64,000 bases of DNA from a virus. Its lineage: Duplodnaviria > Caudoviricetes. The stretch is taken from positions 64,001 to 128,000 of IMG/VR virus record IMGVR_UViG_3300033074_001674. The stretch is one strand, 5' to 3'. Shown in pieces: positions 26,647 to 34,873 of this stretch; positions within the stretch are counted from its first letter, which is position 1, and every line of letters begins with the position of its first letter. The notes under the pieces are model-generated. The model saw only the letters and a list, made by a program, of their open reading frames with translations, was not told where the DNA came from and did not search any database. Both the position numbers and the translations under genes were made by a program.

Positions 26647-28277
26647 ATAACAGGTCCAACTAACAAATTGCTTGAAATTCTAATTGGATTATTCTGATGA
26701 CCCATCATTTGCATGGCGCGTGAGAATCTTATAGATTCAAACCTGTTATGGGCATCTATTTCTCCCTTGAAATAATTCTCAACATCTTCCTTTGACATTC
26801 CTTTGGCCAGTGATGAAGTCCAGTGTTGGAATCCTGCCGGGTCTGGCTCTCGCATCAGAAGAGCTCTATAGCATGTCATTACAAATTGGTCATTTGGAAG
26901 ATTCTTATCTATTGTATAAGGAGGCATAAGCTTGAAATCAGGCAATTTTTCCCATGAGACTTTTCTGTCTAGGATTGCAATATTGTCGATTACATCTTCA
27001 AATGTCTTTCCGACACCTTGCCAGGTATGCATTTTCTCTGCACACGCTCTTGCCCTTTTAGCTAATTCTAATCTTTCTTTCTTCTCGTAAATCATGCGCT
27101 TCATAAGGCCTGCTAGACAATCAACATCAGAGAATGTTCTAACGGCCATAGTTTCTGCTTCTGTGTATCTTCTGTCTATATCTATTGGAAGTGTCCCGCC
27201 ATTCTCAACATGGTCCTCTAGCGCGGAATAATTAGAGCACAAAACTGGCAGTCCACACGCCTTAGCTTCGACAACCGGAACTCCCCACCCCTCACAAATC
27301 GCGACCTGACAGTATACATCCATTAAGTTATAAATTTCTGCCAGCTCACTTTCACTCACTGAGTTATGTGTATTTGGCATATGTGCAGCATGTTGCCCGC
27401 AGAAAATACATTGTCCCATCCCAGCCTGATTACAGGGCAGGAACCATGAAAAAAATACCTTTGTACAGGCATCACATTTGTATGTGAATATTACATGTCT
27501 ATTAAGGGAATTTCTTCTAAGAAGCTCTGGTATATCCCAACCAACGTCTGGATATGAGGTATGACATAGTAGGACGCTATGCTCTACTTCTTTAGAGCCA
27601 GCATATCTTTTCCTTAATAGTGAGAAGGCTTCAAACAGGTCTGAAAATAGCTTTCGCTTTTGATTGCGCATCACTGTTCCAAAAATAAACAGTGACTTAT
27701 TGAGTCCCCAATCATCTCTTAGTTTGATTTTATCCATTGGTCTAAATGTATCTAGGTCAACTCCTGGACTTGTGACTGCTGCAACCTTTAGTCCTTGCGC
27801 ATTTAAGGTTCTTCTTCCAAATCTACTATAAGTAGTGAGTATATCAGCCTTGCTAAAAATCTCATCTACCCATTCCTGCTTTTGGGGAGCAGAATCTACA
27901 GTAGGAGTTAGCAACACCTTATAATTGCCTCTAAATCTAGATTTTACTAGATGAGGCATCATCCATGGGTCTAAAAACGACATTACTATGTCTGGCTGAA
28001 AATCTGCTACCACAGCATCAAATTTATATGCGCCAAATTGATTTATAGGATTAGAATTATAAATTCTTCCCTCTTCGTCATTTAGAGGGAGGACGCCGTA
28101 GAACCGCCAGGGAAGTGCGGCGGCCTGCGGCGCGTCTTGTCTACCATAATTACCCATTTCAGCTATCTCATATTTGCCAGTGGCATAGAGATACTTAATG
28201 ACTTCCCGGTTAAATTTAGCAAAGCCAGTCGCCAACCAACTGGCCTCGCCACAAAATAGTAGACGCTTCTTGCCCAT
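26643..28277 (-). CDS. glycosyltransferase family 4 (GT-B) with zinc-ribbon insertion and DUF4214-like C-terminus
   Basis: TGFA, RNQKRK, EGWGVPVVEAKACG; CDAC...CIFC insert; YRALLMREPDPAGFQHW. Confidence 0.88.
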   Translation of the reverse strand: MGKKRLLFCGEASWLATGFAKFNREVIKYLYATGKYEIAEMGNYGRQDAPQAAALPWRFYGVLPLNDEEGRIYNSNPINQFGAYKFDAVVADFQPDIVMSFLDPWMMPHLVKSRFRGNYKVLLTPTVDSAPQKQEWVDEIFSKADILTTYSRFGRRTLNAQGLKVAAVTSPGVDLDTFRPMDKIKLRDDWGLNKSLFIFGTVMRNQKRKLFSDLFEAFSLLRKRYAGSKEVEHSVLLCHTSYPDVGWDIPELLRRNSLNRHVIFTYKCDACTKVFFSWFLPCNQAGMGQCIFCGQHAAHMPNTHNSVSESELAEIYNLMDVYCQVAICEGWGVPVVEAKACGLPVLCSNYSALEDHVENGGTLPIDIDRRYTEAETMAVRTFSDVDCLAGLMKRMIYEKKERLELAKRARACAEKMHTWQGVGKTFEDVIDNIAILDRKVSWEKLPDFKLMPPYTIDKNLPNDQFVMTCYRALLMREPDPAGFQHWTSSLAKGMSKEDVENYFKGEIDAHNRFESIRFSRAMQMMGHQNNPIRISSNLLVGPVI

Positions 28278-28711
28278 TAGAAAGGAAGACCTGCTGCTCT
28301 CTCATTTAGATTGCCGCTATTGCTTCTGCCTCTGCGCGCAGGGGGAGACTGTCGCTCGGTCTGCTCTTGCTCGTCCTTAGATGACTGCTTGCCAGTAAGA
28401 AGAAGATAATCATTTAGAGTTACCTTAATCTTGCTGCGCTTCTTGCCGTCCTGCTCCCACTCATCAGTAGTAAGTCTACCACTGACATAAATAGGAGTTC
28501 CCTTTGCAACGTTGGCCGCCAAAGACTCAGCCAATCTTCCCCAAGCCTCACAGTCAACAAACGTAGCCTGTTCCTGCCACTCGTCATTCTTATCCTTATA
28601 AGAACGAGAACTGGCTACACGAACTGTGGCCACAGTATTACTTCCAACTTGACGAGTCTCAACATCCGCACAAGCTCTGCCAGAAAGACTAACCTGATTT
28701 ATATTACTCAC
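28277..28711 (-). CDS. ssb: single-stranded DNA-binding protein
   Basis: INQVSLSGR, FVDCEAWGRLAE, VSGRL, terminal LPF. Confidence 0.95.
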   Translation of the reverse strand: MSNINQVSLSGRACADVETRQVGSNTVATVRVASSRSYKDKNDEWQEQATFVDCEAWGRLAESLAANVAKGTPIYVSGRLTTDEWEQDGKKRSKIKVTLNDYLLLTGKQSSKDEQEQTERQSPPARRGRSNSGNLNERAAGLPF

Positions 28712-28720
28712 AAAATACTC

Positions 28721-29224
28721 CTAAACATTAACTAAAGTTAAAAACGGTTCTAAAACATCATGTTCCTGCGCTAACAGAATCATATCTTCTGTTAGATTAT
28801 TATTATTTCCCAAATACTTAAGATATAAATGAATTAAACATTTTCTTTTATCTTCATAAATTGGAGTCTGTGCTCCAAGACTCTTTGGATGAAATGAGAT
28901 TATATCTATCATTCTTCCCAACTGGTCAACAAAGACGATATTGTCAGTATCTATCCCATTACTAGACACATAATGACCAATTTCCATTACTATAAATGCT
29001 TCTGCCGCCAATGGATGAACCGGCAATATTATATCATCTCCTATATCTATTCCTTCTGGGCTATCTGACCAACACCACTGCAACTTATCTCCATCATATG
29101 TTAGTGTAACTATACAATTGTCCTCATTAACAACCACAACGCACTTTTTAAGTGGTGCCTTCATCGCAGCCGGCTTGAGCTTACTAATGTCATCATCCAA
29201 ATATTTGCGTATTCTATTATTCAT
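28721..29224 (-). CDS. hypothetical protein
   Basis: ORF within the replication module. Confidence 0.6.
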   Translation of the reverse strand: MNNRIRKYLDDDISKLKPAAMKAPLKKCVVVVNEDNCIVTLTYDGDKLQWCWSDSPEGIDIGDDIILPVHPLAAEAFIVMEIGHYVSSNGIDTDNIVFVDQLGRMIDIISFHPKSLGAQTPIYEDKRKCLIHLYLKYLGNNNNLTEDMILLAQEHDVLEPFLTLVNV

Positions 29225-30828
29225 ATTGCCTCGATATTATTTACGTGTAAGCTTCCATCTTTTTTTCTCCCGCTAATTAAGACTATGTTTCCTTCCTCCA
29301 AAAACATTGAAACTTTCTGATATGCAGACGCAAAAACTACCACGCCATCTAATAAATATGTGTCATCTCTAATTCTAAGAAACGCCATATAATTGCCATT
29401 TTTATCTTTAAATGCCTTTACTTCTTCAAGGAATGCGGCTATATCACATTTAGATTTGTCTTTAAGTCTTAGAAAATCTCTACAGGAAGTATTGGCCTTT
29501 GGACTACTATACATATCTACTTCATTTCCACTAAATGGCATTCCTAAATAGTGTTTCTCCCAAGCTATGTTGCTGGCTGACCCACTGCCTATCAATTTGC
29601 GCAAATCTTCTATTGCCAGGTTCATTTTCTCTACGCGCTTATCTAAAGGTCTTGGTATTTTTGCTTCTATAAGTGCAGGAATCCAATCATAGACAGATTT
29701 ATCTACATTGCCACTTTTAATCAGCCAGGACCTTTCTCTATCAGTAAGAGAGCATAACATTTTATATCTAGCCAACATTCTGCCGCGACGCTTGTCTATC
29801 GAATCTAATGCCCCACTTTTAATTAGCGCCTCAACAACATCCTTCTTGTATAAGATGTTATTTTCTTCATTAGTTTGCTGACAAAATGAACATTTATCTT
29901 TGGGGTGTTCGAAAATTTTCTCAAATAATTCAGATTCATTAGAAACATCAGATAAATGGTCTAGTCCATTAATCGCTGAATCTCCAATCCCTTTAATATG
30001 ACCTAATCCGAATATTATTGTTTTTTCATCTATAATCGAAAAATCCCTCTTGGAAAATCTAATATCTGGAATATTAACGTCTATATTAAAAAGACGAGCC
30101 TCATATATTAGCTCTTTAACCTCATCTGCCTTATCTATATTCGCATCTCCTCTGGCATGAGTAAGTGCAGATTTAAAAAAATGTGCTGGGAAATGCACTT
30201 TTGCATACGCTGTTTGGTATCCATTAATAGCGTATGATACTGCATGAGACAAATTAAAGCCATAACCAGAAAATTTCTCAATCCACGAAAATACCTCTTC
30301 TGCTATATATTTATCTCTGCCAAGAGCAATGGCACCATCCACAAACTTCTTACGAAGCGAATTCACAACATCTTCCTTCTTTTTGCCAACGCCCTTTCTT
30401 AGGTCATCTGCTTCCTTAAGATTAAAACCAGCAAATATCTCAGCAATTTTCATTAATTGCTCTTGATAGATTGGCACGCTATATGTGTCTTTAAAAATAG
30501 GTTCTAGACAACTGTCAATATATTCTGGCTTTAATATACCATCTCTAACTGCTACATAAGTATCTGAAATAGAGTATTTCTTGCCGCTTTCAATATCTTC
30601 TCTAAAAGTAGCTTTAAGGCAACCTGGCCTAATTAAACTAATTACATCGGCCATTTCTCTAATATTCTTTGGTTTAACGCTTTGACACCATCTCTTGCCA
30701 AGAGACTTTTCTAACTGAAAAACGCCCTTAGTCAGACCAGCAGAAAGAAGCTCATAAACTGCAGGACAATTAAGTGGGATATTATCCCAATCTAATTTAT
30801 CCATTCTACAACCACAACTAAATCTCAT
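29221..30828 (-). CDS. dnaE: DNA polymerase III alpha subunit, C-terminal half (fingers, HhH, OB)
   Basis: GVFQLE, LIRPG, IYQEQLM, ADDLRK, YGFNLSHAVSYA, GLGHIKGIG, EALIKSGALD, DKNGNYMAF. Confidence 0.92.
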   Translation of the reverse strand: MRFSCGCRMDKLDWDNIPLNCPAVYELLSAGLTKGVFQLEKSLGKRWCQSVKPKNIREMADVISLIRPGCLKATFREDIESGKKYSISDTYVAVRDGILKPEYIDSCLEPIFKDTYSVPIYQEQLMKIAEIFAGFNLKEADDLRKGVGKKKEDVVNSLRKKFVDGAIALGRDKYIAEEVFSWIEKFSGYGFNLSHAVSYAINGYQTAYAKVHFPAHFFKSALTHARGDANIDKADEVKELIYEARLFNIDVNIPDIRFSKRDFSIIDEKTIIFGLGHIKGIGDSAINGLDHLSDVSNESELFEKIFEHPKDKCSFCQQTNEENNILYKKDVVEALIKSGALDSIDKRRGRMLARYKMLCSLTDRERSWLIKSGNVDKSVYDWIPALIEAKIPRPLDKRVEKMNLAIEDLRKLIGSGSASNIAWEKHYLGMPFSGNEVDMYSSPKANTSCRDFLRLKDKSKCDIAAFLEEVKAFKDKNGNYMAFLRIRDDTYLLDGVVVFASAYQKVSMFLEEGNIVLISGRKKDGSLHVNNIEAI

Positions 30829-31052
30829 TTGACACCTGGCAATAAATCGTTTCCAGTCTCATTCTTATACCAGTCATTTAACGTGCGCTTCTTTATTTTA
30901 ACACCAGAATGACCTATTATGCGTCGCTCCATTGATGTGATTGAGCAGTGCTCGCACAAAAGAGCCTGTCTAGGGTCTGACGATATAGGCAGAACAACAA
31001 TCTCTTCATGTTTACATTCGAAACATCTATATAAGTAGGCTGGCACGGTCAA
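30825..31052 (-). CDS. FmdB-type zinc ribbon protein
   Basis: P.Y.Y.CxxC.H...CxxC...M.R.I. Confidence 0.75.
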   Translation of the reverse strand: MTVPAYLYRCFECKHEEIVVLPISSDPRQALLCEHCSITSMERRIIGHSGVKIKKRTLNDWYKNETGNDLLPGVK

Positions 31053-31518
31053 CCTCTATAGTAAGGAATGAGAGTTTACTAATATTCGACACTGGCGAAA
31101 GCGCCATCGTAAATTTCTTTTTATCGCCACCATTAACTATTCTGACCATCGCTGAATTGCTGGAATCAACTAAATAATCTTTAAGAACATCTTTTAGAAA
31201 TAAATAAACAACAAATCCACCTTTATTATTTAGAACGTACGCGATAACATCGGCCTTAGTAGCCATAATGCCTGTAAGCTTGCCTTTTCCATTCGCAAAT
31301 TCAAAACACATATTGCCTGTATCTTCTGCCAATATATCGTATTTTACCTCTATATTAATTGGAGTTTCTCCATCAATTAGTTGGAAATCTCCATATTCTT
31401 GGGATGGAGGCTGACTATGTGATTTCTTGAATCTGTCATGAGACAACAACGCTTGATATGCTATACTTTCGCCACGCTGTCCATCTTTTAAATCTCGTAT
31501 AAATTTATAGTGAGCCAT
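31027..31518 (-). CDS. putative PD-(D/E)XK nuclease, phage family
   Basis: G..GE, D, IEVKYD...TGN.CFE, GI.ATKAD. Confidence 0.6.
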   Translation of the reverse strand: MAHYKFIRDLKDGQRGESIAYQALLSHDRFKKSHSQPPSQEYGDFQLIDGETPINIEVKYDILAEDTGNMCFEFANGKGKLTGIMATKADVIAYVLNNKGGFVVYLFLKDVLKDYLVDSSNSAMVRIVNGGDKKKFTMALSPVSNISKLSFLTIEVDRASLLI

Positions 31519-31955
31519 TACTTAATGCCTGTTGAGCCGAGACCGCCAAGACCTCTATCTGTATTTTCATCTACTTTAGAGACTTGTACAAATGATACTT
31601 TTGGAACATGTCTTAGAGCCAACTGTGCTAATCTATCTCCAGTTTTAAACTCAAACGGTTTATCTCCTGCATTATGCAATATTATCTTAATTTCATTTCT
31701 ATATGCAGAATCTATTGTTCCAGGAGAATTTAACACAAATACACTGTTCTTTGCGGCCAAGCCAGACCTGGACCTTACTAATAATTCATAATCTGGAGCC
31801 ATTGCAACTTTAATTCCAGTACTAATTATTTTGGTTTCGCCAGGTCTAATTGCGCCAGATTCAACACACGATAAATCTGCACAAGCATCAGTCTCATGTG
31901 CGAACTTGGGCAATTTTGCATCTGGATGTATTAATTCAACGTGAATTTCTGGCAT
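31518..31955 (-). CDS. dut: trimeric dUTPase
   Basis: DACADL, RSRSGLA, NSPGTIDSAYR, GDRLAQL, RGLGGLGSTG. Confidence 0.96.
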   Translation of the reverse strand: MPEIHVELIHPDAKLPKFAHETDACADLSCVESGAIRPGETKIISTGIKVAMAPDYELLVRSRSGLAAKNSVFVLNSPGTIDSAYRNEIKIILHNAGDKPFEFKTGDRLAQLALRHVPKVSFVQVSKVDENTDRGLGGLGSTGIK

Positions 31956-33819
31956 CTTTAATCTCCTTATTAATCGCTATAGCTATATCATTTAAAATAT
32001 CTAGAGTTTCTATTCCCAAAATATCAACCTTCAAATATCCTAACTTATCTAAAGTTTCTCCATCCCACTCAGTTATTTGAATCTTATTCTTAGTATCCCA
32101 TCTTAATGGGATTGAGCCTATATCAAATGGTTCATCGCTAATAATAATACCAGCGGCATGTTTACCAGAACTTCTGGGACATCCTTCTAATTTCTTAGCA
32201 ATATCAAATAATCTAGGATTATTATCCTGATATTTTTTAAGTTCATCACTTCTTTCAACGGCATCACTTATATCTTTTGGTTTATCTGGGACAAATCTAG
32301 TCATTACATTTCTATCATCTGCAGATGGTATCCCTTTACTGCCTAAAATTTTTGCAGCATCTTTAAGAGCTGCTTTTGGCGCCATCGTGTTGTACGTAAC
32401 CATTTGTGCAACGCGATTTTCGCCAAATCTATTTCTCATATAATTAAGAACATCGTCTCTTCTAGAGGCAGCAAAATCTAAATCTATATCTGCTAAAGAA
32501 CCAACACGTCCAGCGTTATAAAATCTTTCCCAAATTAGGCCGTACTCTATTGGATTAATGTTTGTGATTTTAAGGCAGTATGAGACTAACGACCCCGCGG
32601 CGCTACCTCTTCCAGGACCTATTGGTATACCTTCGGACCTAGCCCAACTAACTATATCCCACACTATTAGAAAATAGTCCGCAAGCTTGGCCAGTTTTAT
32701 ATCTCCCATCTCTTTTTCAATTCTTTCCCTATACTCTTGGGTCGCATTAAAAAATTGATGACCAAACCTGTCCTCATACCCATCGATTACTAATTGCATT
32801 AGATAATTAAACGATGTAAGGTCTTCTGTATGTCCATGCACTTCAGTTTCTATATGACAATTTGTCTCGCATCCATTTGCAATCTCTGGCACAAATTCGT
32901 AGCGAGGAAGATGCATTTTCCCATCTATGGCAACTGGCTTACAACGCTCAGCAATTATCTGAGACATTTCTAGCTCGCTCTGTAGTAATGTAGTGGAGCG
33001 CTTCTCTCCACCCTGAGAAGTTAGAGGCTCATTTAATATTTGCTCAATGGACTTAAGCCAATATTCCTTGGTAGAGTAATATGGACGAAATTCTTTTCCT
33101 TTACCGTATCCAACCGGCTTGTCGAATGTATCTCCCGTACGAATTGCCCATAACGCTTCGTGGGCCTCAACATCATTTCTGTCAACGTAGTGTGCATCCT
33201 GACAACCAACAATTTGTATATCTAGGTGCTTTCCTATCGTTCGCATAATCTCATTAACCTTGGGCTGTATATCTAATCCTCCATCTTGGGTCTCAAGATA
33301 AAAACGGTCGCCAAAAATAGACTTTAATCTTCTAGCGTGGAGTGCTGCCTCTTCATAATTTTCAATCGCTATATTGTGTGGCACTATGCCTTTTAGGCAT
33401 GCTGTTAGACAAATTAGACCATTGCTATACTTCTCTAAGTCCTTATAGTCTATTCGTGGGACATAGTAGAATTTCTTATTTGCCTCAGTATTTAGAATTT
33501 TAAGATTTTTCCATCCCTCATCATCCATAGCCAAAAGGATTAAATGGTGTGCGGTTTTCTTCCCGGTGCCTTCCGCTGCCTCTTCTTTATGCTCAGAAGC
33601 ATCTGGTACAAAGTAAAACTCCTCTGCTGGAATTGCTTGTATCCCAGCCTTTTTGCATTCCATATAGAATTCTGGGGCTGAGGCCATATTCCCATGTTCA
33701 GTGAGTGATGCCTGTTTAGCGCCATGTTCCTTTAATCTCTTCACTATATCGGATACCTTGCTTATAGAATCCAATATAGAGTATGATGAATGCATATGTA
33801 AGTGGGTAAAATTACTCAT
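31936..33819 (-). CDS. dnaE: DNA polymerase III alpha subunit, N-terminal half (PHP, palm, thumb)
   Basis: HLHMHSSYS.LD, EHGN, DAHY, GPGRGSAAGSLV, DIDLD, KHAAGII, LKVDILG. Confidence 0.93.
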   Translation of the reverse strand: MSNFTHLHMHSSYSILDSISKVSDIVKRLKEHGAKQASLTEHGNMASAPEFYMECKKAGIQAIPAEEFYFVPDASEHKEEAAEGTGKKTAHHLILLAMDDEGWKNLKILNTEANKKFYYVPRIDYKDLEKYSNGLICLTACLKGIVPHNIAIENYEEAALHARRLKSIFGDRFYLETQDGGLDIQPKVNEIMRTIGKHLDIQIVGCQDAHYVDRNDVEAHEALWAIRTGDTFDKPVGYGKGKEFRPYYSTKEYWLKSIEQILNEPLTSQGGEKRSTTLLQSELEMSQIIAERCKPVAIDGKMHLPRYEFVPEIANGCETNCHIETEVHGHTEDLTSFNYLMQLVIDGYEDRFGHQFFNATQEYRERIEKEMGDIKLAKLADYFLIVWDIVSWARSEGIPIGPGRGSAAGSLVSYCLKITNINPIEYGLIWERFYNAGRVGSLADIDLDFAASRRDDVLNYMRNRFGENRVAQMVTYNTMAPKAALKDAAKILGSKGIPSADDRNVMTRFVPDKPKDISDAVERSDELKKYQDNNPRLFDIAKKLEGCPRSSGKHAAGIIISDEPFDIGSIPLRWDTKNKIQITEWDGETLDKLGYLKVDILGIETLDILNDIAIAINKEIKDARNSR

Positions 33820-34760
33820 TATTCCTCCACCATGGGCAACTTTCTTCCTCTATCTTTCTTCGTGGCAGGTGGTGGCATAATAAAATTGCCATCCTTGTTC
33901 AAAAAGGTTTCGCGCATTTTCCCGCAGCGGTCATATCCAACGCACCAATTACACTTGAATGACTTAATTCGCGGAGGGTCTTTACTATCCTTTATTTTCT
34001 CGAAAAGCTCAGTAATGTACGAGAGCGTCTTGGCATCATCTTCTGGGCCAAATATTACTGATACTGGAGCTTTTCTGAGATAATCTAGAGTCATTACTAC
34101 ATGCGTATACTGAGGAAAGACGGTTTTTGCAGCTAAACTATACATCCGCATTTGCAAGTCACTTATCGCATCTATGGTTTCTTTCGCGTAATTACCACTC
34201 TTGTAATCTCGAACTTCTATAATATCCTCAGATATCTCTGTAACAAGGTCCATAAAGCCATGTATTTTAAGCTCTCCAAACATTAAATCAAAAGGAACCT
34301 CTGTTCCAATTAATTTTCTCTTAAATACATCGCTATTTCTTTCTATGGCTATTTCGGTATATTTCCAATCATCATCAAAATTAGGTCCTGGACAACCATC
34401 AAAATCATTTGTATCTTTTTTGGCTATTTGACAAAAAAAGCCAGTCTTATTCTTGCTGGCCCACTTACAATTAGCGCAATCTTTATTGACTGGATGCTTC
34501 CATCCTTTTCCTGGCTTTCTATCATCTAACTTCCAAAGCTCTGTGCTAGCATAGTAAGATACTAGTTTTTGAAGTGCTATATCTTTAGATAAACCATTCT
34601 TGACATAGTGCTCTAATGCATAGTGAACAGCAGACCCCTTCTGCGCAGCTATGCTATCTGCATTTAGCTCATCTAGGTCCATATGATATTTTAAGAAGTA
34701 CTTAAATGGACAACTTACAAAAAGGTCAGCTCTTGATGCACTTAGGTAATCTATAATCAT
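33819..34760 (-). CDS. PD-(D/E)XK RecB/AddB/Cas4-like exonuclease with Fe-S cysteines
   Basis: LSAS, CPFKY, GSAVH, GFMDLV, RDYKSG, QMRMY, CNWC....C; likely start at ATG 34760. Confidence 0.85.
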   Translation of the reverse strand: MIIDYLSASRADLFVSCPFKYFLKYHMDLDELNADSIAAQKGSAVHYALEHYVKNGLSKDIALQKLVSYYASTELWKLDDRKPGKGWKHPVNKDCANCKWASKNKTGFFCQIAKKDTNDFDGCPGPNFDDDWKYTEIAIERNSDVFKRKLIGTEVPFDLMFGELKIHGFMDLVTEISEDIIEVRDYKSGNYAKETIDAISDLQMRMYSLAAKTVFPQYTHVVMTLDYLRKAPVSVIFGPEDDAKTLSYITELFEKIKDSKDPPRIKSFKCNWCVGYDRCGKMRETFLNKDGNFIMPPPATKKDRGRKLPMVEE

Positions 34761-34873
34761 TGTACAAACCATATATAAATAAGTAGACTAATACAAAATG
34801 CCATTATACATCCAATTAAGAAGCCACAGGAAAACAATGTTTTAAAACATAAATCAAAGTCATCGCTGCCCAT
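34757..34873 (-). CDS. small membrane peptide (38 aa, not in ORF track)
   Basis: MGSDDFDLCFKTLFSCGFLIGCIMAFCISLLIYIWFVQ; TAATG overlap upstream and ATGA overlap downstream. Confidence 0.55.
   Translation of the reverse strand: MGSDDFDLCFKTLFSCGFLIGCIMAFCISLLIYIWFVQ

Noticed and set aside
8301-28277. Host LPS/capsule locus or serotype-conversion cassette
   Set aside because: No wzx/wzy/ABC exporter, initiating transferase or gtrABC; genes are interleaved with phage-type small ORFs and continuous with phage replication genes
30829-31935. Group I/II intron or split intein joining the dnaE halves
   Set aside because: The interval is completely filled by three coupled genes; no intein N- or C-terminal motifs at the break
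33819-34772. Cas4-like nuclease as evidence of a CRISPR-Cas system
   Set aside because: No repeat-spacer array or other cas genes; such nucleases are common in phage replication modules
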